Shown here: piece by piece, positions 38,600-52,007 of the stretch
How the letters are laid out: every line of letters begins with the position of its first letter
Position numbering within the stretch: the first letter of the stretch is position 1
DNA from: Octopus vulgaris
Taxonomy: Eukaryota
Length of the DNA stretch: 64,000 bases
NCBI GenBank assembly: GCA_951406725.2
Contig: OX597816.1
Span: forward strand, 123,194,001 to 123,258,000
Reading direction: 5' to 3'
Position numbers and translations under genes: made by a program
The notes under the pieces: generated by a model
What the model was told of the DNA's origin: nothing
The model's database searches: none
What the model saw: the letters and a program-made list of their open reading frames with translations, nothing else

Positions 38600-39880
38600 T
38601 ATTAATTTAAACTCAGTGAGTGCATTTGAAACAATATTAAACTAAATTAGCCTTGTATGTAACATATTAAATGTATATACACCATACAAAGACATGCTTT
38701 TATAGCATTTTACAGAGAGAAATTCTCTTCATAAATAGTTTGTGTTAAAATTTCAACTTATATTTAAGTGAAGCAAATATCCTCACAGCAGCAAGTCATA
38801 GGAACATTCGATGATATTCACCCTCCTTGGAGTGCCCATTTGTCTATGCTTAAACGAAATTCATACTTAAATATATATGAAACCATGTGTAATACGTTCA
38901 TTCCTGATATTATGAAATGCTTGATGGGCTGTAGAAAATTCAGTGAAAGCAATTGAATCAGCATTAAATTGATGAATGCATCATACTAAATGCACATACA
39001 CTGTCCAAAGATATACTGCGGTGGTTTTTGTCTGAGAGAAAACCTTTTTATAGACAGAGGTTAAAAACACAATACATAATGAAGAAAAGAGACCATTGTC
39101 CCAGTAGTGACTTATCTAGGTGTTAGACATACTTTGCTCTTCTTGGAACTTGCCAAAAATTTATACCCATTTGCTACATGCTTGAATGAAATTTGCACTT
39201 CATTACATAAGAAACAGTAAATAATACATTTACTGATATAGAATGTTTGCTGGTCTGTATAAAGTTTGGAGATTAACAATTGAAACAGCATTAAATTTAA
39301 AAAAAAAAATCTGTGTATCATACCAGACATATAGCAATACATGCTGCTGTGGGTTTTGTCTGAGAGAAAATCTCTTCACAGACATTTTAAAAACACAATA
39401 GATATCAAAGTAAAAAGAATGCTGACTCATGGGAAAGTTAGATGCATTTCACCCTTATGGGACTTGTCAATAATGAGTATCCATTAGTCACATGCTTAAA
39501 CTTTTGTATTGATATATAAGACACAACGACAACAATATGATTATACATTTAGCATGATACATAGATGGTAATAATGATTTAATGCGGTTCCCAATAGTGT
39601 TCATTTAGTATTCTACTGTCCAGGAAGAATTCAGCAATGATAGTGAATGCTTTATTCATTTTTTCTTATATACCAAGGTATGAGTTACGTTCAAGCAAAT
39701 GACAAATGTTATAAGCTCTAAGAAGAGAGAAAAGTGTTCAATGTTCCTACAAGTCACTGTTGTTACAATGTTTGTTTTGCTTCGATAAATATTCTATTTT
39801 TCACACATCTGTAAAGAGGCTTTCTCTCAGACAAAAGCTACAACAGCATGTCCTTCTATGGTATACATATAATTAATATA
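38600..39880. repeat. Old ~325-bp tandem repeat (3 copies) followed by one inverted copy
   Basis: Recurring blocks: TTGAAACAGCATTAAA (~38625, 38952, 39280; reverse complement ~39575), CATGCT..TTTGTCTGAGAGAAA (~38694, 39012, 39340; reverse complement ~39820), CCATT.G..ACATGCTT.AA (~38835, 39167, 39481; reverse complement ~39690). Confidence 0.65.
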
Positions 39881-41350
39881 AATAGATGTCTATGTTAACT
39901 TAAGGATATTTATTACTTCTTTGTTGGATGAACTGATTGTAAAAGTTGACGGTGATGAATGTTATTTAAATTTTTAAAATGTTTGAATTGATAGTATGTG
40001 GAAACAATGGAATTCACAAAATTAATTAAATGAATCTGATATTGTAAACTCTGGGTAATATAACAGCACAGCATAGATGATAAGTTAAAGGTACTTATAA
40101 TGGGACTTGAAGGTTCCTGATACCTGTGGAGTATCCTCTTCTCCCATTACAATCATTTTTGTAGTCTTAGGATTGAAGAAGAGACTTACAAGCGGATGCA
40201 ATTCAATGGTTGTTCATTTGGTTCTCATTTCATGGAGTTTGCTTCCGGCGACCATTTGCATGTCAGCGTGTAGTTCATTAGCTCCATTTGCTCTGGAGAG
40301 GATGGGTAAAGTTAGAGCGGGTTAAGAATCCGCTGTGAGCTGCTAGGTTGCAGTGTTGTTCAACGTGAGTGCCAACACAAGAGAAGAGAACGGGTTGCTC
40401 AATACACCTCCTTAAATAGATGTTGCCCCCAAGATCCTTGCTGTGGTCTCGTGCATGGCAAACATGGTTGCAGGCAAGATCTCGCTCTTGTCTCAGACCT
40501 GACAATGGCCGCAGGCAAGATCTCATATAAAATGGCACTGACGTCTTGTACCATGCTATATACTATTACAATTCACAGTGATATGCTTTGCTCATTCGGT
40601 CACAAATCTACATGATTTGAAAATGGATGATATATGAATCTAATTGAGTGTAAATGTTAGAAAAATATTTGATTGCTGATCAGAGACATTGTTATATAAT
40701 ATCACAAAATTTAAAGAACTTATTTCCATTAGTTGATTTGCAAAAATAATAATTGAAGATATTTAAAGTCCCTATTGAATAAATATTCTTATTCAAAGTA
40801 CAGCTAACATCAGTTTCAAGCTTATGGCAGAAGGTCAACAATTTTAGGGGAAGGGAAAAATTAATTATACTGACCCCATTGTTCATCTGGTATTTGTTTT
40901 ATTGGCCCTGAAAGGATGAACGGCAAAGTCAACCGAAGCAGAATTTGAACTCGAGATGTCAAGTCAGAAAAAATGCACTAATTATTTGATCTCACATGAT
41001 AATGATTCTGCTAGCTTGCTGCTTTAAATATAGTTAATATTGGTTTTAAATTTTGGCACAAGGCCAGCAATTTTGGGGAAGGTATAAATCAATCACATCG
41101 ACCCTAGTTTTCAACTGGTACTTATTTTATTGACCTGGGATGGATGAAAGGGAAAGTCAACTTCAGTGGAATTTGAACTCAGAACATTCTTCCCAGTGTA
41201 CTATCGATTCTGCTAGCTCACTGAATTTGACAAGATCCCAGTTCCTGTAACACTTAAAAATAAGATTGCTCATTTATTTTTTCTCTCATTTTAGTCTGTT
41301 TTACCAGAGTTGCTTTTTCTGGTACTACCCTCATTTCCTTTCTCCAGGTA

Positions 41351-41910
41351 TTGTTTGTTCCTTCTCAAGCCATGCCTGGCTCATAAGGGCTAGTTTCCCA
41401 GTTTCCTTGGTGTATAGGTTCCCCACCTGGACAGGATGCTGGTCTGTCACAGGTGAGCTGCTAGATGCAGGAGGAAAGAGTGAGAGAAAATTGTGGCGAA
41501 AGAGTTAGCAGAGGTTCACCATTACCTTCTGCTGGAGCCATGTGGAGCTTAGGTGTTTCACTCATAAACACACACATCATACGGTCTGAGATTTGAACCC
41601 ATGATCCCTTGACCATGAGTCCACTGCTCAAACCGCTAGGCCATGTGCCTCCACAAAATAAATGTTCCTTCTCGAGCCATGCCAGGCTCATAAGGGCTGG
41701 TTTCCCAGTTTCATTGACGTAGAAATTCCCCACCTGGATGGGACGCCAGTCTGTCACAGGATTACTCATTTTTGCCAGCTGAGTGGACTGGAGCAATGTG
41801 AAATGAAGTGTTTTGCTCAAGAACACAATGCATTGCCCGGTCCAGGAATTGAAACTGCAACTTTACGATCATGAGTTCAACACCCTAACCACTAAGCCAT
41901 GCGCCTCCAC
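41351..41910 (-). mobile_element. Head-to-tail pair of tRNA-derived SINEs (family C-related) within one TSD
   Basis: Heads at 41910 and 41654, shared 3' tail. TSD TTCTCCAGGTA at 41340-41350 and 41911-41921. Confidence 0.8.
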
Positions 41911-42199
41911 TTCTCCAGGTAAAGGATAGCGTATTTCATACATCCTTGAAACAGGAAGTTGTCAATAACAAGAATGCAATGTAATTTTGGTGTTTGGAGA
42001 GATATTTTTGACCATACTATTAGTCCATCTGGGAAAAAGATAATCTGAGGCAAAGTCTGATAAATTTCCAAAACTACTAATTAAAAAATGCAAATAAAAT
42101 ATTAGAATTTGTTTCAGAACTCAAATATTATCACACTTTCAATGAGGGTATGGCAAATCTTACTGTACTGTTATATAATTTAATAGAAAATAACTCATC

Positions 42200-44150
42200 A
42201 CCATCCAAAAGGTGAGATGATTCTCATGAAAATTTTAATGGGCTGATATAAGTGACTGAGTAAATAGAGCTCATGCATTACAATGAAACTTTGCCATCAC
42301 CTGGTGTAGTAATGAAATCGTGTGAGCTGAACATTCTATTGAACCATGCATCTAAAACACTGAATGCACATCAAGGGCGATATTCGTTAACAGCTAAAAA
42401 GACATTATCTATAATACTCGGTTTTCATAAAATTCACTCAAATCTTATATAGATGACATTTGTATTAATCACAGATCACAAACAGCTTGTACATATATCC
42501 TTACCAGATAAAAGTATGCCGTGGGTGGTGTTATTAATATGCAACACATTACGAAGCTTTGAAGCAATGCAATAATGCTGATGCAATATCAAAAATGCTG
42601 ATCAAACTTGATTAGGATTCTGAGGAAAAACAAAAATCTTATTCTATCTGGATTTAAAAGACATCAAATTATTGAGCAAAATCTCCATGGAAAACCTGTT
42701 AGCACTTGATAGTCTCTATAAAATACCGGTTACCAGAAGTTTGATATTGATATCATTCGAACTAAACAGTTTGTCGATAATTGTTGTGCTGTGAAACTAG
42801 ATATTGAAGACGAACATATAAGGGAATATTGGATGAAACATGAGGCAATTAATTGTCACAGAAATTTATTAATTTTGCAGCCTAATCTTGCTAAAGTAAT
42901 TATCTCAAAAATATTACAAAAGAAAATTTTGATTAAACTATATGAAATTTATCTGGGGTATAGTCCAAAAGAAACAAATGGATTTACAACCCATCTGATA
43001 CAATGACTGGCCAAGAAAAAGAGGGCAATATTATACGTATGGTGTGAGAGGAAAACCATCGGCAATATATGTGCCTAATGAAAAGTTATATTAAATGATT
43101 CAAAACACATGAAACATGGTAATGAATCCATATTGATCATGCCTTTAAGATGAAATGTGACTTATTGTCATTCATTTCATCCTTGACATATCCAATATGT
43201 TACACCGACAACATCAACAATTACTTGTAAAACATTTACTATACTCCATAAAATTATTCCTATCGAGGGATTTTTTGAAAAAATTATACCTAATAATAGG
43301 CAGCGAGCTGGCAGAATTGTTAGCATGCCGGTCGGAATGCTTAATGATATTTCACCTGTCGTTACGTTCTGAGTTCAAATTCCACCGAGGTCAACTGTGC
43401 CTTTCATCCTTTCAGGATCGATTAGATAAGTACCAGTTAGGCACTGGGATCAATGTAATCGACTTAATCACTTTGTCTGTCCTTGTTTGTCTCCTCTATG
43501 TTTAGCCTCCTGCGGGCAATAAAGAAATAAATTATACCTGACAATAGAGTTTTATTTGCGTCATCCATATTTAAGTAACATTGCAATCAAATAGGTGTTC
43601 AACATTCAACGTTACTAATTCCTATCAGCCTTCAAACAGTGAAGCAATTCGCTTTATTCAAAGAAGGGATTTGGGAAGGATACCATGAAAACCACTTATG
43701 GGTGGAAAATGATCGATTTGCTTTTTTTTTATTCTCACATACTCTGCACAATCATATCCAACAATGGATGGAAAATTACTCACAGAAATGCTTCATGGTT
43801 AAAAGCCACAAAATATTAGGTTATTAATATATGCTGAACCATAATCAAATGGAGGACAAAACAGTTCCATTAAATTATGTGCCGGACAATCACAATTTGT
43901 CAGGGATTACTGAAACGAATTTAGTTTTTTAGCACAATTGTGAAGAAACTCGGTTATGTGATGATACAAATAGATAAGGATCAATGGAAACAGTACCAGA
44001 ATCAGATAAATTTACGAGTTTGTCATGTATCGCTGCTGACCAGTCGGAAATTGGATGACTTTGATGACCGGTTGTTGCGGAAATCAATTAAAACCCATCA
44101 CCGTTGACATTCCGATCATGATTTACAATTATTGTCATAACTGTCCCAAC
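42200..44150 (+). pseudogene. Highly decayed Ty3/Gypsy pol remnant (RNase H, integrase)
   Basis: HASKTLNAHQGRYS (~42345), F.LITDHKQL (~42460), NADA.S (~42575), IISNNG (IVSDNG-like, ~43750). Many stops. Confidence 0.65.
43300..43528 (+). mobile_element. Full-length SINE family B with 19-bp TSD, inserted in the Gypsy remnant
   Basis: GAGCTGGCAGAATTG A box, GAGTTCAAATTCC B box, core GCCTTTCATCCTTTC...GATAAGTACCAG. TSD AAATTATACCT(A/G)A(T/C)AATAG at 43281-43299 and 43529-43547. Confidence 0.85.
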
Positions 44151-46028
44151 CTACATCAAAGCTCTACAAATCTAATGGGTAGCAAAGCATCACTTATCGT
44201 TATTTTAATTTATATATTAAAATTTTGCACTCTGCATCAGTATATATCTTGTTGTTCAGAATTTATAATATTGTATTATTTTATCGAACGTCAATCATTA
44301 AAATTTATTATTAAATTAAAACTGGAAAAAACCTTGAACGAATTCGATAATTCATTTACAACCAACTCATATTTCTCTATTTATTCAATGTTACTGTGAT
44401 ATAGAATTGAAGGGATTATTTATTTTAGCTACACATATATACACACGTGTGTCTCAACCTTATCAATAAATTATTACTGCTCTGCTAGATTCCCTTTACA
44501 GTTGCGGATAAATTTGAACAACCTCTAAATATACAATACTTCTATAATGATTTTTCTCTGGTTATTGCTTTTCAGATGTGAATACACACTCGATGAAACA
44601 CTCCAATTCAAAACCTAAACAGATTATCATTAAATTTAATACACATATCTGTATTAAAAATTAAGTTTTTTTTAAAAATTTATTTCTATGTTTCCTGTAT
44701 ATTTATGTATGCACATATGCATGGATATAAATATGTACATAAAGAGAGAGAGAGAGAGTGGGGACAAAAGCAAGAAGGTAAGTTTATGAAGCTGAAACAA
44801 ACATAAATAATATATAAAGTCAAATGAGTAAAACACAGGGTGGAAATGCTTAAAAAAAATGTAATGAAACAGCAATGATCACAGAATGTGTACAATGAAA
44901 ATAAATACACCATTTTCATCTTAGATCTCATTGTTTGTTTACATCTAGCATCTTGGATACAAATGTCTTAAAAATCAGTGCCGTCTATAATTTCTATAGA
45001 ATATCTGTGGCGATAACCTTAACAAAAGAATATAAGGGGATCTAATGTTTTGGCTTTTACACTTTATGAAAAAGACATAAAAAGATAAAGAAATGGTACC
45101 AATTTACCACTTTAATGATTGAAGTTGAGTTGAAGAATTATGCTGGTTTGAGTTCCAATATACGTGTTTATATAGATAAAGGACGAATGAGAAAACCAGG
45201 ATTAAATACAATGATTTATTCAACCCATTAAAGAGTATAGACATGGCAAGCTGTTGCAAATACATCTTGAAATATACTTTCAGAAAATACACACTTGGGT
45301 TTCTCATGCAGTTGGTACTTGAATAGAACAGGAAAGCAAATATGTGACATGACTTCTGCTGAAGGACAGGAACAGATATACACGTCAAAGGCTATCCTTA
45401 GAATAAACTTGCTTCCTACCAAGATCCAAATTCAACCGGGCTAACCCACTTCATTGACTAAATAGCAGATGGATCTCTCCTTATATAGCTTGATGGTGGG
45501 CTTCAATGAATAGACATAAATTTCCCTCATTCAGGTCTGTCACATGATGGGATTGATAGCTCGTGTAAAGCTTGAAGGGCTAGATCAGTATAAAGCCCAT
45601 CACATGATCAGGTCATTGTAGAAAGCACAGCATATAAGCTATGTGCATATTTAAAGGTAAACAAGCAAACTATGAACATATACTTGTTACACCATGTCTA
45701 TTTATGTTGCAGGTTTGGTGTAAAAAGGTAGTTGGCTAATGACATAAGGGAATTGGAAGCAGAGAAATAATTTGGATTATAGTGAGGAAAGAAAGGGAGG
45801 AAAGGAAGAATGGGAAAAAGGAACTGAGAGAGTGCAGGATATCTGCGTGTAGTGTAGTTGGATGTGTAATCTTATTAACTATGTAGGAGTTAAATACCAG
45901 CGAACATTTGTGGAGTAATATAAAGTTTGTGTATCTATGTATGCATCAGTCAGTCTTGTAAAATTCAGCAACAACCGCAAATTTATTAACATATAACCAT
46001 ATATACATAAAGACTTAGTATTTGCAAA

Positions 46029-46119
<91 letters not shown>

Positions 46120-46126
46120 TTCTTTC

Positions 46127-46531
46127 TTTCTTTTACTTGTTTCAGTCATTTGACTGCGGCCATGCTGGAGCACCGCCTTTAATCGAGCAAATCGACCCCG
46201 GGACTTATTCTTTGTAAGCCCAGTACTTACTCTATCGGTCTCTTTTGCCAAACCGCTAAGTTACGGGGACGTAAACACACCAGCATCGGTTGTCAAGCAA
46301 TGCTAGGAGGACAAACACAGACACACAAACACATACACACACATATATATATATATATACATATATACGACAGGCTTCTTTCAGTTTCCGTCTACCAAAT
46401 CTACTTACAAGGCATTGGTCGGCCTGGGGCTATAGCAGAAGACACTTGCCCAAGATGCCATGCAGTGGGACTGAACCCGGAACCATGTGGTTGGTTAGCA
46501 AGCTACTTACCACACAGCCACACCTGCGCCT
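46127..46531 (-). mobile_element. Full-length SINE family A next to a long (TA)n (46032-46117)
   Basis: Reverse complement of 35805-36200. Confidence 0.85.
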
Positions 46532-46559
46532 ATATATATATAGTTAGGAAATGGTAACA

Positions 46560-47420
46560 AAGAAGTAGTGTGGTATTGTTTAAGGAGATGTCTCATAGAT
46601 ATTTAGTGATACATTCCACTAAGCTGTGGTCAGTTTCACCAGTGTACAAGAAACTACAGAGCTGAGAGATAAGAGAGTAAATGACATATCTATCATATAA
46701 GCGAATTGGTTAGGGATAAAGAAGGAACGTTAGATTAATACAAAAGGGTTGTAATGTTCTGAATGTAAATGTTTAGAAAGATGGGAAAGAATCAGGGTTT
46801 GGTTTTAGGATGTGGCTTAAAAACTACTGCCTAAAAGATCCTGCAAATTATGAGCCCTTTTGAAGGATGGAAGTGGAAGTTCATGGAATGTGGGAGACAT
46901 GTCAGGATCTGAGTGAAGTAAGCAGAAAGTGCACCAGAAGAATGGTTGAAGATGTAACGTTTTATGGTAAAATGTGAGAAGGAAGGTTAAATCATCAAGG
47001 GTGAAGATGGGTAGAGGCATGAAGGTGGAGTTGCAATCAAGTGTAGAAGTATGGATGTGGGCATTACTAGCAATTTTTTAGAGGCAGTCACAAATCATAA
47101 AGTGGAGGTTCATCACGTAAGATTAAGCATGGATACAGATGCAGCAAAAGATAGAGGAATTGTGAAGTACAAGATAGTAGATTTGGAGTGGTTATGATAG
47201 GAAGAGTTGAATCTGAGGTAAGAGTGGGAGTTTGTCAGATGTAGAGAAGGAGAAGTTTGGAAAATCTTATCAAGGTATTTAGAAATGAGTGTAGTTGGGA
47301 AATTGTGGAGAAAGTGAGGAAATCTTTTATAGAGCTGGACACTAGAATTAGGTGAGTAGGAGTGAGATCAGGGGTCAACTTTGGTAGAAAAGAGAACTAT
47401 TCCGTTGAAGTAATGATTTT
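46560..47420 (-). pseudogene. Decayed Penelope-like RT C-terminus, linker and GIY-YIG remnant
   Basis: Minus strand LLTFYH...LHSDPDMSPTFHELPLPSFKRAHNLQDLL (PLE linker), an SQFL-like block upstream, and C.FLYTGET downstream. Confidence 0.65.
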
Positions 47421-47834
47421 TATGTTGTCCATTTGCCATGTAACTACCATTCCACCTTTGTCACTTGGTTTGATCACAATATCATGTCAGCATCAGAGTT
47501 GGCAAATGGTAGAAATTCAACAAATGAGATGGCAAGATCATTTAACAAAGTCAGGACAGTTTCCCATGTGCTGAATCATGTTTGTGACAGTGTCAAACAT
47601 TGTGAATTGGTTTTGAGTCAGTGCCCAGTTGGATGGTTGACAGTAGTGGTTACTAACAGCATCAAAACAGTTGGACTCTGTTTTGATATGGTTGTTGTTG
47701 CACAGTACAGTCCTACAAGGAGTGGTTCTGTACTGTATAAACTGGTAGATTTTTAGCTCTTAAGTAATCTTCAGTATTGGTTTCCTAAATATTCTTGATA
47801 CAGAATATAAACAATTTGACACTTGCAACTTTTT

Positions 47835-48420
47835 GGGGTTGCTGAATACTTCAAGTACTTAGGTGATTGGGTGAGCAGTTCAGAAGTAGACATCAAGATC
47901 AGGGAGGCACAAGTATGAACAGCATGTCACAAACTAAAGAAAGTTGGAAACTCCAAACTGTCCATGCAATATCAAAATCAAGTTGTTCATTGCAAATGTT
48001 GAATCAGTGCTATTATATAGCAGTGAAACATGGACACTGACAAAGAAATGATCAAATCAAATAGGCTAAATGGATGCTACACAAGGGTGCTACGAATGTG
48101 AAATGGCAGCAACATCTAACAAATTAATGCCTTCATGGTAATCTGCTGAATGTTAGGGAGAAGATTAGACAAAGATGGCTGTGACTAAATGGTCACTGCA
48201 TGCACCCTTAGATGGCATGCACCACCCTTAGAGGAAGTATCCAAATTAGTGTTGTGGAACCCACTTCATGGTGATGTAACAAGACGAAAATGTTGTCACA
48301 CTTATATCAACAATTTGATTGCAGACACTGGCCTGGGAAGTGATGAGGGACTGAGAACTGTGGTGGGTAGATTTATTGCTACAGCCAGGATTGGAACCTG
48401 GCCATAATAATAATAATAAT
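47835..48420 (+). pseudogene. 3' fragment of an RTE-type LINE with (TAA)n tail
   Basis: FKYLG.W.SSSE.DIKIR, VESVLLYSSETWTLTK, GCYTRVLR, KWQQH, EKIRQR.L..GHC. Confidence 0.8.
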
Positions 48421-50534
48421 TTTGGGATGCAAACAAAATGCACAATTTTACAAAGGTATTAGAATTAATTTTTATTTTAATTTTTATTCAAGACTTAAAA
48501 TGTAGAATACTTATATGCAATATTATTTCCAAAGGGTGCCTTGAGATGAGAAATTGTGTTAATGTATGATGAAAGAAAATATACTTACTATTTTTATACT
48601 CATTTTCATTATCTCTATATTAGTATAGTTGTATCAATTCATGCATGCACTTTAATTCCTTACCACATATATGTAGTAACTTAGTCTATGTACATCATAT
48701 ACACATCTATATTTTTAGGTCATCAATACTTTTTGAGGAGGTAAAACAAATAAAAAAAAATCAATTGATCTATAAAAGATGGTTGAAAAAGTTTCCTCTT
48801 TATAAATATATTAGCTTTAATGTATCAATACCAGTAGCTTTTGTGGAACAGTCTTTCAGCGAATATTTCAGGTGAACAAGCTTGAACATTTTTATTAATG
48901 AATTCACTTAGCTTGTTTATCATCATTGCTGGCTGACTATTTCTAGAACTATCTTTTATTCTTACAAGTAATTACTTTTGCTTACTCAAGCATGGAAATA
49001 ATGCAACCAATAAGAACTTCCAAAATCAGAAACTAGGTTTTAAAAATATAATTAGCTTTTAGAACTATGTCCACTAATCAATGATGGTCAGTATTTTTTT
49101 ATGTAAAACGAAACTGCTGAAATATGACTAAACAACATTGCATATTGAATACTGAAACAAGAATATATAGCAATTACTATATGAGTATCCTTATAAGGCA
49201 TTTACAACTTTCTCTCTCTCTTTTACACACTTTACACACACACACACAGAGTTGTGGCCAGGTTTCAAACATTTTTTTAAAAGTAAAATTATTCCCTAGT
49301 ACAAAATTTGATTCAAATATAACTTTGGGCATTTAATATAAAAGTTTTAATTTTCAGACCTATGTTCCAAACTTTTGCTATGATTGTATATACATATATA
49401 TACCTATATATACATGCATATATATTTTGATATAATCTGGGTAAAAAAATAGTGTACTTTCTAAAGCTCTTATGTGTGTAGTGGCTACCAAATGCTATCA
49501 TACAGTGGGACTTCTTCTGTCACTGGATATATATGTGGAAATCTGTAAATATCCAAAGGCTATTTACAGATATACTGGTTTCAAATTTTGGCTCAAGGCC
49601 AGCAATTTTGGAGGTGGTACTTATTTTATTGAATCCAAAGGATGAAAAGCTAAGTCAAACTTAGCAGAATTTGAATCATGTAAAAACGGATGAAATACGA
49701 CAAAGCATTTTACCTGGTGTGCTAACGATCTGTATATACAGAAATGTTAATAAGAGAAGATGGATTGAAACCTGGTTTATTACAATACATATCCGTACAT
49801 TTCTTTCAACACATCATTACCAGTTGCTCATTGCTGAATATTACATATATTATTAAAAACATTGCATTAATATCACTCAGCAATAGTACCATATGCATTT
49901 TTGTGGGAGAGCAGAAAATCAAAATAAGATTAACAGAGCTTTACTCTACACACACCTGAAGAGATTCATAAGCCACTGTTGCTGAGTGATATTGATTAAC
50001 ACAATGTTTTTTATAACATATAAAACATTCAGCAATGATGTGTTGAAACAATTGTAGCGATATGTAATAAAGAATGTTCAGTCTATCTCTCATCTTTTAT
50101 TAATATTTATATACACACACACACTGTGCCTTGACTTTGAGCCATATATTTTCTTGCTTAGTGTAAGCTATAGGGATACAACATTTCCATACAAAATACT
50201 TATCAAATGTTTACAATGTTTATTTCAAAATTTATAAAAGGTAAGGAAGAAATCAAAGATAACTTACTATACCTGAAGCAATAAATTTCCAAAGTTAATA
50301 GTCATAATTAAAGTTATAATCAATGTCACAAGTAATAAGGAAATTGTAACATCTCTAAATTGACCTGATCTCGCTCTTGCTATTCGCAATGTGTTGCATT
50401 TGAAAAATTACATTGGTTTGTATTAATTAAAAATTATGCTAAAATCTCAGATTGCAAATTTTACTCTTGATTAATTTCTGAACTAAACTCAAAAGAAAGT
50501 AATTTGACTTAATTTTACTAAGCACTGCATAGCA

Positions 50535-50828
50535 CCTTCTACTATAGCCTCAGGCCAACCAAAGCCTTGTGAGTGGATTTGATAGAGAGAAACTGAAAGA
50601 AGCCCATCGTATATATATATATAAATATATATGTGTGTGTGTATGCTTGTGTGCCTGTGTTTGTCCCCCCAACATCGCTTGACAACCGATGCTAGAGTGT
50701 TTACGTCCTCGTCACTAGCAGTTCAACAAGAGAGACTGATAGAATAAGATCTGGGGTCGATTTGCTCGACTAAAGGCGGTGCTCAAGCATGGCCACAGTC
50801 AAATGACTGAAACAAGTAAAAGGAAAAA
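50535..50828 (+). mobile_element. 5'-truncated SINE family A
   Basis: Family A body and tail. Confidence 0.8.
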
Positions 50829-51215
50829 GAATAAGCAGTTCAAAATAATTTTGGAACATTATAGATTGGTGCATTGGCAGAATTGTTCAAGCTTTAAACA
50901 ATGACCAGCAGTATTTAGCGATGACCTTTTACATTCTGATTTCAAATCTTGCCAAAGTCAAATTTGTGTTATAGGGTCAATAAAATACAATACCAGTCAA
51001 GTACTGGGGGTTAATTTATATTCTTATAATTCATCTTAGATGTAAATGAAATTATAATTGAAAGTAAAGACTCATGTAGTTTAATAGGGTTTTTCAATTT
51101 AACCTTTTTAATACCAAGTTGTCCAAGGCCACCCCTGGTTCTACGATACAAATTTCTAGTTGTAAGATGATCTAAATTAAAGCCTTCCACCAAAATTTCA
51201 TGCTAATTTATATTA

Positions 51216-52007
51216 ATCTCCCAGACTCTAGAATTCATAGCCATTACATTCCACAGCCAAGATTTTGCTACTTCAGCATACTCATCTTGATGACTGAGTT
51301 TTTCACAACCAGAATCTTCCCTTCTTTCAAAAAGAATTAGCATGAAATTATATTCCAAATACCAGCTCAATAATGATAAAGTTATTTTCTTATATTCTTT
51401 ATTCTTTTCAAAATTATTTGACAGTAATGTAGTGTATTTCAGTATAAATATGGTAAAGTAAAAGCATGGTAGGGGTGACGCTGTCATTTCAATTTTGCTC
51501 CTGCTGCAAAAAGTCTTTTTGGGTGTGAATGCTTGCCAAACATTTTGGGGTGTATTGAGAATGACTTCTACAATTCATTATCCAGTATACAACAGGACCA
51601 TCACTAAACACTTCATCTCCCTGCAGACTATCCAAAATTAAATCAGCTATACTTACAGGAGGATTTGAATGAAGTACTACAAGCTAACTTCCTTTAAATT
51701 ATTAAACATTTCTGTTTCTATTTTGAAACTTTCCCTCTCTTCTTAAAATAAGCATACAACTTTCAATCCTACCTTATCTTTTCTTCCTTACATTCTATAT
51801 ACCCTTAATCTTTCATTCTACTTTCAGTTTCTCTTGCTATGTAAGATTTTTTATCAAAATTTCCGACTTCAGCTACAATCTTGATCTCCCAGCCTCTGGA
51901 ATCCATAGCTATAACATTCTACAGCCAAGGTTTTGCTACTTCAGCATACTCATCTTGATGACTGCGTTTTACACAACCAGAATCTTCCCCTCTTTCAAAA
52001 AGAATTA
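51216..52007 (+). repeat. 124-bp dispersed direct repeat (51216-51339 and 51884-52007)
   Basis: ATCTCCCAG...GCTACTTCAGCATACTCATCTTGATGACTG...TCTTTCAAAAAGAATTA occurs twice. Confidence 0.9.

Noticed and set aside
39030-39050. GAGAGAAAACCTTTT resembling a C2H2 linker (GEKPF)
   Set aside because: No 84-nt periodicity and no Cys/His pattern.
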